NCBI GenBank assembly: GCA_964565865.1
Contig: CAZMGM010000002.1
Span: 16,828 to 80,827, forward strand
Reading direction: 5' to 3'
Origin: an uncultured Acidobacteriota bacterium
GTDB lineage: Bacteria; Acidobacteriota; UBA6911; RPQK01; CBDAPI01
Length of the DNA stretch: 64,000 bases
The notes beneath the pieces are model-generated. The model searched no databases. It was not told where the DNA came from and worked only from the letters and a program-made list of their open reading frames with translations. Position 1 is the stretch's first letter. Each line of letters starts with the position of its first letter. Below are positions 38,307 to 46,690 of the stretch, one piece after another. The position numbers and the translations under genes were made by a program.

Positions 38307-40313
38307 TCAGGTCGTTGAGATCCGAACCAGAGCATCCTTCTGCTCCTTCTTGCCCATCACCTGTTCTTCATAATACTTCTTTACCTGGGCGGCCTGCCTG
38401 GCTGCCTTGCGGCGCGCCATCTTCTCGTCGCGGGCTGTCTGCGGCAAGGAGCTCTTCTTGCGCTGAGATGCGACATCACTCGCGTTGAGGTTCAGAGAGT
38501 GTTCGTAGCTCTGCAGGTCAACGTTCTTTCCCCCGGCAAAGATTTCGTGTCTCCCGTGTTCCTCGTACCATTTCGCGACTGTGGCATTCTGGTGCATATG
38601 CTCAATGATATTGCGCCATCCGTGTCCGGTGTTATAGGCACAGAAAGAGATCTCGCCTTCCTGAGTAGCATAGGGGATGATACACATCTCAGTGCGGCGG
38701 AAGTCGTAGTTGAAGAGATCTTGAAACCACATCCCGGCAACAAAGAGGAAGTTCCAGCGATCGTCTCTCCGTTTCTTGCCGTCTCCATAGCTGCGGCCGG
38801 TCAGTCCAAAACTTTTGTCGAACTTCTTGAGAACCTCCCACAGAGTCAACTTTGAAGGAGCCGCGAAGGGTCGATAGTTCTTGAGTAAGGCCAGACCCAT
38901 CATAAAGTTGGAAAAGTTCTTGCCACGCCCTGCGTCCGTGATGGCCTGCATGTCTCGGACCAGACCTGGAATACTGAGGAACTCGGGTACAGCAGCGTAC
39001 TCCTTAGTTTCTTTGTCAACCATCACGGCGGTTCCCACACCGCAATTGGGATGGCATCCGCAGCTAACCTGACCCCAGTCGGCCTCGGGACCATGGACAA
39101 GATCAGCAAAATCGGAAAAGGCTCCCATCAGGGAGAGGGGAAACCAATCTCGCGTAGGCTCTGTCATCCCGGTTTGTTTTTTTACATCGTGGGCGAGATG
39201 CGAGAGAGTATAGCGCTGGCGCAGCCGCCGTTCGTCAGTGACGGCTTCATCCCTGCCAGTGAAGGAAACCGGCTGGAAAGCAATGAAGGCGACTTTTTTC
39301 GGGTTGTCCATGGCAAACCGGATGATCGGCCCCACCTGATCGTTGTTAACGTCGTTCACCAGCGTCGTGACAAGAACAATCTCAATTCCAGCCGCATGAG
39401 CGTTCTCAATCCCCCGCAGCTTAATGTCGAAAAGGTTGCCGATGTGGCGATGGCTGTTGGCTTCGTTACCCACTCCATCGAACTGATAGTAAAGAAAGCG
39501 CAAGCCCGCCTCGGCAGCCCTGCGGCTGAACTCTTTGCTCTGGGCGAATTCGATCCCGTTGGTGGCCGCCTGAACGCTGTTGTACCCGATCTTACGGGCA
39601 TACTTCACCGCCCGGAAAAAGTGAGGTGAGATGGTCGGCTCTCCGCCCGAAAACTGGACCGACATTTGGCGACGAGGCTTGATTTTCAGGGCATTATCGA
39701 GAATTTCCTTGATCTCCTGCCACACCAGCTCGTGCACGAAACCAACCTGGTTGGCGTCCATGAAGCAAGGGTCGCACATCATGTTGCAACGATTCGTCAG
39801 ATCCACAGTCAGCACTGAGCCTCGGCCGTGGCGGATTGTGCTCGAACCATGGTTGTGGAGATCCTCATCGTTATGAGCCCGGATGTCACGACCAGGAAAA
39901 TTGCCCTCGATCCAACGCAGGAAGTTGGCATCAATTGACATGAGGTCTTCGATCTTGCCATGAATCGGGCATTCTTTGACCATCCAGATCTCGTTGTTCT
40001 TCTCAACGACACTGGCTTTGATCTCACCTACTTTCTCGTCAATGAGAACGTGATAGTCCTCTTCGCCATTGATGATCTTTTCCCGAGCTTCCACTACACA
40101 CTTGGGACACAGAGAATCGGTTTCGCGGGGCCAGCCTAGGTTTGGTTTCGTTTTTTGCCAGGATTTCAGTAGTGGCTTCTCGGACCAGTTAGGAGTAAAA
40201 GAAGGCCTCTTGCGATACTTGTTAAAAAACTGGATAAAATCAAATGCCTTGCCCGCGGTAAAGCAGAGGGCACTGTCGCCGTACTTCCATGCGGTTGAAC
40301 TTGCTCTTGACAT
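38307..40313 (-). CDS. Large radical SAM enzyme, COG1964-type architecture (MJ0619 / tetraether lipid synthase Tes/GDGT-MAS-like)
   Basis: 668 aa.
- Radical SAM core: CNMMCDPC (CxxxCxxC) and FSGGEPT.
- N-terminal zinc-ribbon-like CPKC...(40 aa)...CPIHG ahead of the core.
- C-terminal Cys motifs CGCHPNCG and MCIIPY...ISFCAYN.
- Lys/Arg-rich C-terminal tail.
The radical SAM call is secure. The Tes-like subfamily assignment rests on remembered architecture, not a search. Confidence 0.85.
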   Translation of the reverse strand: MSRASSTAWKYGDSALCFTAGKAFDFIQFFNKYRKRPSFTPNWSEKPLLKSWQKTKPNLGWPRETDSLCPKCVVEAREKIINGEEDYHVLIDEKVGEIKASVVEKNNEIWMVKECPIHGKIEDLMSIDANFLRWIEGNFPGRDIRAHNDEDLHNHGSSTIRHGRGSVLTVDLTNRCNMMCDPCFMDANQVGFVHELVWQEIKEILDNALKIKPRRQMSVQFSGGEPTISPHFFRAVKYARKIGYNSVQAATNGIEFAQSKEFSRRAAEAGLRFLYYQFDGVGNEANSHRHIGNLFDIKLRGIENAHAAGIEIVLVTTLVNDVNNDQVGPIIRFAMDNPKKVAFIAFQPVSFTGRDEAVTDERRLRQRYTLSHLAHDVKKQTGMTEPTRDWFPLSLMGAFSDFADLVHGPEADWGQVSCGCHPNCGVGTAVMVDKETKEYAAVPEFLSIPGLVRDMQAITDAGRGKNFSNFMMGLALLKNYRPFAAPSKLTLWEVLKKFDKSFGLTGRSYGDGKKRRDDRWNFLFVAGMWFQDLFNYDFRRTEMCIIPYATQEGEISFCAYNTGHGWRNIIEHMHQNATVAKWYEEHGRHEIFAGGKNVDLQSYEHSLNLNASDVASQRKKSSLPQTARDEKMARRKAARQAAQVKKYYEEQVMGKKEQKDALVRISTT

Positions 40314-40592
40314 GAGTGTAAACCTTCCTCTTCAGTACTTTACGAAAACAACAACGCTACCTTGGACACTCAGTTGGCCACGCCTACTCAGGCACAGCCA
40401 GCGGGTACAATGAGGCACCGGAAACTTGCAATGTCGCTTAATTTCAAACCTATAAGTATCGGTATCCCCTCCCCGTTCGTCAATAGAGGATCGACTGCCT
40501 CGATGGCACAGTTTCGTTTTTCCTGAGTAATTGATCCGTCCTGTCCGAGTCTAAATTTGATAAGATTTGATCGTGGATTGAGAACTGTAAAG

Positions 40593-41198
40593 ATGCCCAA
40601 CTTAAGAATCACGAACGGAGCCCGCACACAAATTTTGGCTGCCCTCGAGCAGCAACAGCCCCAAAAGACCGCTTTGCGACTTGAGGCGACGACCAACGGG
40701 ACAGCCGAGTTCGCCTATGGCATGCGACTGGTTGGTGCAGATGATCAGCGCGAGGATGACGAGATCGTCGAAAGCAACGGGGTGAAGGTGCTGGTTGATC
40801 CCGCAAGTGCGCGCCACCTGGAGGGTGCAACGGTTGACTATGAAGAAGGAATCCTGAACAGCGGATTCCGTTTTGACAACCCGAATCAGCCAAATATCCC
40901 GGAGCTGGGAGAAGGCCCGCGGGCGGATTTGAGTGGACCGACGGCCGAAAAGGTGGAACAGCTGATCAACACGGAGATCAATAGTGCCGTGGCTGCCCAT
41001 GGTGGCCAGGTCAATTTTCTTGGCGTCAAGGAGAATCGGGCTTACCTCACTTTTGGAGGTGGTTGCCACGGTTGCGGAATGGTTGATGTCACTCTCAAGC
41101 AGGGAATCGAAGCCCGAATCAAAGAGCTTGTCCCTGAGATTGAGGAGGTGGTCGATGTAACCGACCACTCGGCCGGGGAAAATCCATTCTATCGATAG
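40593..41198 (+). CDS. nfuA: NfuA-type Fe-S cluster carrier (Cys-less IscA-like N-domain plus NifU C-terminal domain)
   Basis: The N-terminal HesB/IscA-like fold lacks the cluster cysteines. The C-terminal Nfu domain carries GGGCHGCG. The track ORF starts at TTG 40557; ATG 40593 (MPNLRITNGA) is preferred. Confidence 0.8.
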   Translation: MPNLRITNGARTQILAALEQQQPQKTALRLEATTNGTAEFAYGMRLVGADDQREDDEIVESNGVKVLVDPASARHLEGATVDYEEGILNSGFRFDNPNQPNIPELGEGPRADLSGPTAEKVEQLINTEINSAVAAHGGQVNFLGVKENRAYLTFGGGCHGCGMVDVTLKQGIEARIKELVPEIEEVVDVTDHSAGENPFYR

Positions 41199-41217
41199 GG
41201 ACAAGAAACACGAACCA

Positions 41218-41228
41218 TTTCAACCTTG
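41218..41228. repeat. Short copy of the repeat core (TTTCAACCTTG, reverse complement of CAAGGTTGAAA)
   Basis: The same 11-mer occurs, reverse-complemented, at 44348-44358. It lies in the gap after nfuA. Confidence 0.35.
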
Positions 41229-41307
41229 CCAAAAAACGGCCTGGAGTTCTATTTTTAGGCTGGATGGCTACCGAAGGCGGTCTCGAAGAGGCCCGTCAAC
41301 GAGTTGA

Positions 41308-42540
41308 GTGACTTCTACATCGCCGGAAAATCTACATGGAATCCTGGGTTTCATAAGTTTGAGTACATCGATTTTGAATAGGTCCGGAAAAAAAGTCTGT
41401 TTGCTCCTGGTGCTGGCAGTGAAAATCAGCACCGGATGTAACGAGACCGAGCACCCGGACACACTGCGACAGGTGGAAAAGGAGGGCTATACCTATTTCG
41501 GAGTTGCACCCTTTGAAGCACCTCTCCTCCACCAGGTTGAAACCGTGTTCGTGGGACCAGAGCCTGCACTGGCCAAGCAGATTTCCCAGAGAATTGGAGA
41601 AGAGTTGAAACTTCCTGAAGTGGAACCCTTCTGGATCCAGCGGGGCCACAGCGGACTCATCTCGGCCCTGCTCAATGATGAAGTGGACCTGGTGATCTCC
41701 GTCTTAGGAAAGACCCCTGCGCGTGAGCGTCAGGTAGACTTTTCAGAGACCTACTACACCTCTGAGCTGGTGGCTGTGATCAACCCGGTTCGCAACGACA
41801 AAATCCGCAGCAACAACCTGGCCCAGGCCAGGATCGGCGTCCGCGAGGGGACAGCGGGAGAGGAAATCGTCCGGGCCAAGTACCCCGAAGCCAAGATAGT
41901 CTCTATTGGGACTCTAGATGAAAGCATTCTTCAGCTTCGCAGCGGGGATGTCGACGTCGTGATCGACGACCGCATCATGGCGGCGTACTCTTTGGCGACA
42001 ATGACCGGAGTGTCTCACCTCGAAATCCTGCCCGATTTCATTGTCGCAAGCGTCGAGTGCGGTGTCGCTCTCAGAAAAGGGCAAGATCAACTGCTGCAAC
42101 TCGTCAACGAGGCGATCCGGGAGTCCAGCCGTAAATACCAGGGCTGGATCGACGAGCAATTCAACCCAAAATTATTGCGCAAGGTGATGGCCCGATACCA
42201 GACACGCCAGGACGAATTGAGACGGGCCAAGAGGCCCCGGCGCGTCTCGATCCGGATTTCCAAGAGCCGGTCCTCTGATTTTGACATCTATCGCGTGGCC
42301 AATCTCACCTATGTGCTTCGCAATACCAATGGCAAAACTTTCACGAGTTCCAAGATTGATTTCCAGGGCCGCACCGGAGTCAGTTCGGTGACCATTCCAC
42401 CCGGGACCTATAGCGTAACTATCACCAAATTCAATACTACTTTTGGAACGCTCGTGATCCGGCCCGAGGATCCGACGCGCATCACTGTAAACATCAGACT
42501 GCAGGCCAGTGGTCAGTTCACGATGAAACGTGATTCATAG
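41308..42540 (+). CDS. Family-3 solute-binding protein (amino-acid-binding type), putative lipoprotein with a C-terminal beta-rich extension
   Basis: SBP_bac_3-like core (DLVISVLGKTPARERQVDFSETYY...RSGDVDVVIDD). Signal and lipobox KKVCLLLVLAVKISTGC. The likely start is TTG 41374. The C-terminal 130 aa or so (ISKSRSSDFDIYRVANLTY...TYSVTITKF...) is unrelated to the SBP fold. Confidence 0.7.
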   Translation: MTSTSPENLHGILGFISLSTSILNRSGKKVCLLLVLAVKISTGCNETEHPDTLRQVEKEGYTYFGVAPFEAPLLHQVETVFVGPEPALAKQISQRIGEELKLPEVEPFWIQRGHSGLISALLNDEVDLVISVLGKTPARERQVDFSETYYTSELVAVINPVRNDKIRSNNLAQARIGVREGTAGEEIVRAKYPEAKIVSIGTLDESILQLRSGDVDVVIDDRIMAAYSLATMTGVSHLEILPDFIVASVECGVALRKGQDQLLQLVNEAIRESSRKYQGWIDEQFNPKLLRKVMARYQTRQDELRRAKRPRRVSIRISKSRSSDFDIYRVANLTYVLRNTNGKTFTSSKIDFQGRTGVSSVTIPPGTYSVTITKFNTTFGTLVIRPEDPTRITVNIRLQASGQFTMKRDS

Positions 42541-42853
42541 CTGCATCTTCCCGCCCCGTTAAAGCAGTGAGACCAGAACCGAATAGCCGCTTTCAGGACG
42601 GCGCTCAGCGGCGTGGGTGCCCAATTCTCCCTCGTCCCTTTTCGGCTTGGAACTTCGGCGGAGTATTTTCTGTGGGGTGCTGCCCACCAGATATTTACTG
42701 ACACCGCCTCGTAGGCCTCAAGGTGGGCGGAAAGACATTGCCTGGCCCGCAAGGCCCCAGGAAATCAGTCAAGGAATCCCCGTCCAGCCCCCAAAGGGCG
42801 ACAGAGAGAGCCAGTTTGACAACCATTATCTGGATTCTGGAGAGAAAACACAT

Positions 42854-42882
42854 GGAACTTAAACGGCCCAAAATCAATCTAA
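42854..42882 (+). promoter_or_regulatory. Possible autoregulated ECF-type promoter
   Basis: GGAAC (42854-58), about 17 nt, then AATCTAA (42876-82). This resembles the ECF GGAAC-N16/17-CGTCT pattern and lies about 30 nt upstream of ATG 42914. Confidence 0.25.
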
Positions 42883-42913
42883 TGAAGTGATCGCTAGAAT
42901 AGAGTCGGCCAAA

Positions 42914-43567
42914 ATGACCCAGCTAATGACCTCGATCCATTCCGAGATACAAGTGTCCCAGGGCGAGGCCCTGGTGGTGCGTCTAAAAGAACGCGAAGAA
43001 AACGCTTTCGAGGAGGCATTCGAACTCTACAAGGATATGGTCTATTCGCTGGCCCTTAAACTCTTGAGTGACAAATCGGAGGCCTACGACGTCACCCAGG
43101 ACGTTTTTTTAACTCTCTACAAACAGATCAGGCGTTTTCGCGGTGAATCCAGTCTCAAGACCTGGCTTTACCGGGTCACGTTGAATCAGGCAGCCAATCG
43201 CAATCGCTGGTGGCGGAGGCGTTTCAACAGCCGCTTCAGCTCCGTAAGCATAACCGGTGGTTTTGAGGAGCGGGCATCCATAGAGCCGATCAGCCAGGAT
43301 CCCTCGTTGGATCGACAAATCCTGTCAATTGAAGCACGAAAATCCATCCAGGACGGTCTGGATGCTCTGCCTTTTGACCAGAGGGCTGCTGTAATCCTGA
43401 GAGATGTACAGCAGCTCACTTACGAGGAGATTGCTGCAACGATCGGGGTGTCCATGGGAACCGTCAAGTCACGTATTTCCAGAGGGAGAGAGAGGCTGCG
43501 CCGTGTTCTCCAACGTTACAAGCCCGGAGGTCAGACGTGTACTGTGAACAAATGTGCCACAAGCTGA
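42914..43567 (+). CDS. ECF (group 4) RNA polymerase sigma-70 factor
   Basis: Region 2 (DVTQDVFLTLYKQIRRFRGESSLKTWLYRVTLNQAANR) and region 4 (LTYEEIAATIGVSMGTVKSRISRGRERL). The track ORF begins at GTG 42887. Confidence 0.88.
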   Translation: MTQLMTSIHSEIQVSQGEALVVRLKEREENAFEEAFELYKDMVYSLALKLLSDKSEAYDVTQDVFLTLYKQIRRFRGESSLKTWLYRVTLNQAANRNRWWRRRFNSRFSSVSITGGFEERASIEPISQDPSLDRQILSIEARKSIQDGLDALPFDQRAAVILRDVQQLTYEEIAATIGVSMGTVKSRISRGRERLRRVLQRYKPGGQTCTVNKCATS

Positions 43568-44253
43568 ACGAGTTTATCGATACCGAGCTTTCGGATTTTG
43601 AGAGGCAGGTCGTCCAGCGTCACCTCGACCACTGCCCAAAGTGCCGCCTGCGCCTGGGCGAGCTTGGACTTGTACGCAATGCTCTTTCCATTCCTGTTCG
43701 CTTACCCGAGCGAAGCCGGCGAAGGATGCGACTCGCTTTGCTCTCGCAGGCTCACAGAAAGTGGTCGGACTACCCGCTGGAGGTGTTGAACGGGTTCAGA
43801 AGTTTTCTAAGGGACCTGGATCGCAATGCAGCCTTGTTCCGACTCTCTGCATTGCCTCTCTCACTGGCAATGATGGTACTGCTGGCTTCTCAGTTACCAC
43901 AGCTTCATTCTCAAACCTGGACTTTTCAGGTCTATGCCAGCCAGCAGCCAGCTCCCTCGACTGCGAACCGACCACCCGTACTCGTCCAAGGGCAGCAATC
44001 AGCCCAGAGTGTCAGCAAACTGGTCAACACGGCCTGGAGGATTCCCTACGAAGACTCGTTCTCCCTGATAGCTGAAGTTCGACCGGAGGGTAACGCCCGG
44101 ATCGAGAATGTTCTGGAGTATCCTAAGACTATGGAGCTCCTGGAGGCTGTGGATCTCACGCTTCAGGAGAGCCATTTCGAGAGGCCCTCCGGGATGTCGA
44201 ATGCCTTTCTCATATACTCCTTTCAGAAGGTGGATGTTTACGGGGGGCTGTAG
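43537..44253 (+). CDS. Anti-sigma factor (zf-HC2 type) with one TM helix and a periplasmic domain
   Basis: N-terminal C..x..H(x3)C(x2)C: MCHKLNEFIDTELSDFERQVVQRHLDHCPKCR. TM helix LSALPLSLAMMVLLASQL. Overlaps the sigma gene; the alternative start is ATG 43552. Confidence 0.8.
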   Translation: MYCEQMCHKLNEFIDTELSDFERQVVQRHLDHCPKCRLRLGELGLVRNALSIPVRLPERSRRRMRLALLSQAHRKWSDYPLEVLNGFRSFLRDLDRNAALFRLSALPLSLAMMVLLASQLPQLHSQTWTFQVYASQQPAPSTANRPPVLVQGQQSAQSVSKLVNTAWRIPYEDSFSLIAEVRPEGNARIENVLEYPKTMELLEAVDLTLQESHFERPSGMSNAFLIYSFQKVDVYGGL

Positions 44254-44324
44254 GCGCCCCTAGATTCAGGGTTCCAGCACCTCGGACCTTCCTGGAAAGT
44301 GGATCCTTTCAAACACCAAAGGGT

Positions 44325-44402
44325 TTACCGGTTGCCGGTTACTGGTTCAAGGTTGAAAGTTCGTAGGACGTGAGGGAACAGGAAACAAGAAACCAGTAAC
44401 CG
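44325..44402. repeat. Copy of the GGTTGAA(A/G) repeat family with a 12-bp inverted repeat
   Basis: TTACCGGTTGCCGGTTAC (44325-42), CAAGGTTGAAAGTT (44348-61), and the inverted repeat CGGTTACTGGTT (44336-47) / AACCAGTAACCG (44391-402). It sits in a convergent gene gap. Confidence 0.6.
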
Positions 44403-44491
44403 TGGGAGCGGAGGCGAGAGCTCATGTGAAATGTGGAGCCTGGCTCACGGTTGACGGGCTGACATTCTACTCGGAACCTAGAATCCAGAAC

Positions 44492-46690
44492 CTATTGAAT
44501 CGTGAGCTCGACGCTACCCGTTCCCAGATTCCCGACCGAGTCAACCACTCGTATCAACAGGCTGTGCCGGCCTTGGGCTAGGCCCTTGAGCTGGAACTCA
44601 TAGGTCTCGGTCTCGCTGTCGGCCAGACCGTCTCTGGGATGGACAATCGACCAGCTGCCTCCGTCCACCGAGTACTCGAGTTGATAGACGTCACTGGTGC
44701 GAGTCCTTGCCTCAATGTGGAGGCTGGCGGAATCGCTGGAGATTCGGGGCTCTCGAATTTCTACCACGGGAAGGTGATTGGCCACTGTGAAGGGCTTACT
44801 AACCATAGAATCTTCAAGAGACTGCGCGGTTGGATTGCTGATGCGATCCGAGGCCACGATCTTAAACGTGTACACACCGTCCGGCAAACTGGCTCCGTCC
44901 AGCGTGTAGTAGTTCTCTTCCCAACTCTTCCTTAACGCCCTCCAGGCCATCTCCCCCCGGGCCCGCAAATACACATCGAAAACCAGGTCATCACCGTTCA
45001 GGTCGGTAGCCTTCCAGGAGACGCTCCTCGAAGCCGGCGTATAGACCTTTCGAGGCGGCACCGTGGGAGCTTGCTTCAAATTACGGATGCTCGGAGGAAG
45101 AGAGCGAAAATGAGAGTTGTCCGGGCCGCCCAAGGCGGCGTTCAGCTGATTGGACAGCAGGGGTTTCAGGAAGGCACTGCCCGGCGCATGAATCGAGATT
45201 TCGCTGATCTGCGGCGCTAGGTTCTTCTGCAGATAGCTCACTTCCACAGCATCGATGGCGTTGCGGTCTGAAAGAAGAGCGGTGGAAGCACTCGGGCTCG
45301 AGAAATCGACCCTCCACTGGAGATACCGGGCTGGTGGGCTCTGCACGGTGCTCCCAGTCGCATCACCTGCAGCTCCGGCCCAATCACTCCATGTGTTGTC
45401 CGGTCTCTCTGTGTTCCCTGATCGGGTTGAAAGTCTAATCCCCTCACCGGTCGATTTGGTCACCTGCCACCGGATTCGCCCCCATATCGATGTCACACCT
45501 GCATCCAAAGCCTCTGACTCAAACGACCCCGAGCTGCCGGGATCGCGATCCAGCCGGTACAGCTTGCCGAGATTACTGGTAGCCAGGATGATCCGATTGC
45601 GGGAAGCCAGGATCCGAGTAATCTGTTCGTCAGCCGTTTGCCCCAGCACCTTCTTCAGCCGTGCCGGTGTCAGGGAGAGCAGTCGTCCCTGGTGGCCGGT
45701 TCCCATTAGTACCTCTCCGTTCTGCCGAACCAGCAGGTCAAATACAGTCTGCTTATCCTGGCTGTAGAGCTTTTCAACCAGGCCCTCCCGGTTCACGCGA
45801 TAGAGCTCAAGCTTCGCCCCCTTCCTAGTCCCTTCGATCCGTAGGGTTTCTTCGGCCTTATTGCTCATACTCTCGGGAGCAGTGGTCTTGGCTTGGACTT
45901 CGGTCGAGGCTTTAGCCGTAGTGGGGCTGCTGGAGATGCCCACGGCATAGACGTTGCCGTAGCGATCCGTATTGACGGCTCGGATCTCTTCGAGTTGCGA
46001 ATCCAGGACAACAAACGGCTTCCCACTGCGACTGAGCTTCGTGAGCAAGCCTCCCGGAGAAGAACCAGCCAAAAGATTCCCTTCAGCATCCCAGGCAAGA
46101 TCCACGATGTGTTGCTCGCGGCTGTCGTAAAAGACAGAGTGCCGTCCTCCCGCCCCTACTTTGAAGATTCGCCCCTCGGGCCCGGTGGCAACGAACAAGT
46201 TTCCTTCAGAATCGAGGATCAGGTCCCAGATATACTTCTCCTCGGGATCGAAAAACGTACTAACCGTGCCATCCGACCCAATCCGATAGACCTTTCCGTT
46301 GGGGGCGCTGGCAGCCAGAATCTCTCCGTTCGGTCGAACCGCCAGGCCGTGGACGCCGGGCTCTTCGAAGTCGGCAACCTCCATACCCTCGCCGTCTACG
46401 GTCATTCGAAACAGCTTTCCCTCACTTCCGGTCCCGGCCAACACGTTGCCCTGATGATCGACCGTCGCCGAATAAATAAAGGCCTGGCCGGTATCGTACG
46501 CCAGGTTGATTTCGGGGGCCCTGACCAGCCGGCCATCGCTAGTGAGGCCGACGCTTCTGAAGGTTCCCTTCAAGAAGTCGTTCTGGGTTGAGGATCTCCA
46601 AAATAGGGGCTTGGATCCCAGCAACAGGGGTGGGCTAAACGCCAGGAGGAGGGTACAACAGGAAAGGAGGCGCATGAGATCTGGAATCAA
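44492..46690 (-). CDS. Secreted beta-propeller repeat protein with C-terminal Ig/Fn3-like domains
   Basis: 732 aa. Signal-like N-terminus. Repeated D..GN(L/V)..(A/G)TG..G.(L/I)(F/Y)(R/K) blades (e.g. DHQGNVLAGTGSEGKLFR, DSEGNLFVATGPEGRIFK, DAEGNLLAGSSPGGLLTK). Beta-rich C-terminus. Confidence 0.6.
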   Translation of the reverse strand: MIPDLMRLLSCCTLLLAFSPPLLLGSKPLFWRSSTQNDFLKGTFRSVGLTSDGRLVRAPEINLAYDTGQAFIYSATVDHQGNVLAGTGSEGKLFRMTVDGEGMEVADFEEPGVHGLAVRPNGEILAASAPNGKVYRIGSDGTVSTFFDPEEKYIWDLILDSEGNLFVATGPEGRIFKVGAGGRHSVFYDSREQHIVDLAWDAEGNLLAGSSPGGLLTKLSRSGKPFVVLDSQLEEIRAVNTDRYGNVYAVGISSSPTTAKASTEVQAKTTAPESMSNKAEETLRIEGTRKGAKLELYRVNREGLVEKLYSQDKQTVFDLLVRQNGEVLMGTGHQGRLLSLTPARLKKVLGQTADEQITRILASRNRIILATSNLGKLYRLDRDPGSSGSFESEALDAGVTSIWGRIRWQVTKSTGEGIRLSTRSGNTERPDNTWSDWAGAAGDATGSTVQSPPARYLQWRVDFSSPSASTALLSDRNAIDAVEVSYLQKNLAPQISEISIHAPGSAFLKPLLSNQLNAALGGPDNSHFRSLPPSIRNLKQAPTVPPRKVYTPASRSVSWKATDLNGDDLVFDVYLRARGEMAWRALRKSWEENYYTLDGASLPDGVYTFKIVASDRISNPTAQSLEDSMVSKPFTVANHLPVVEIREPRISSDSASLHIEARTRTSDVYQLEYSVDGGSWSIVHPRDGLADSETETYEFQLKGLAQGRHSLLIRVVDSVGNLGTGSVELTIQ

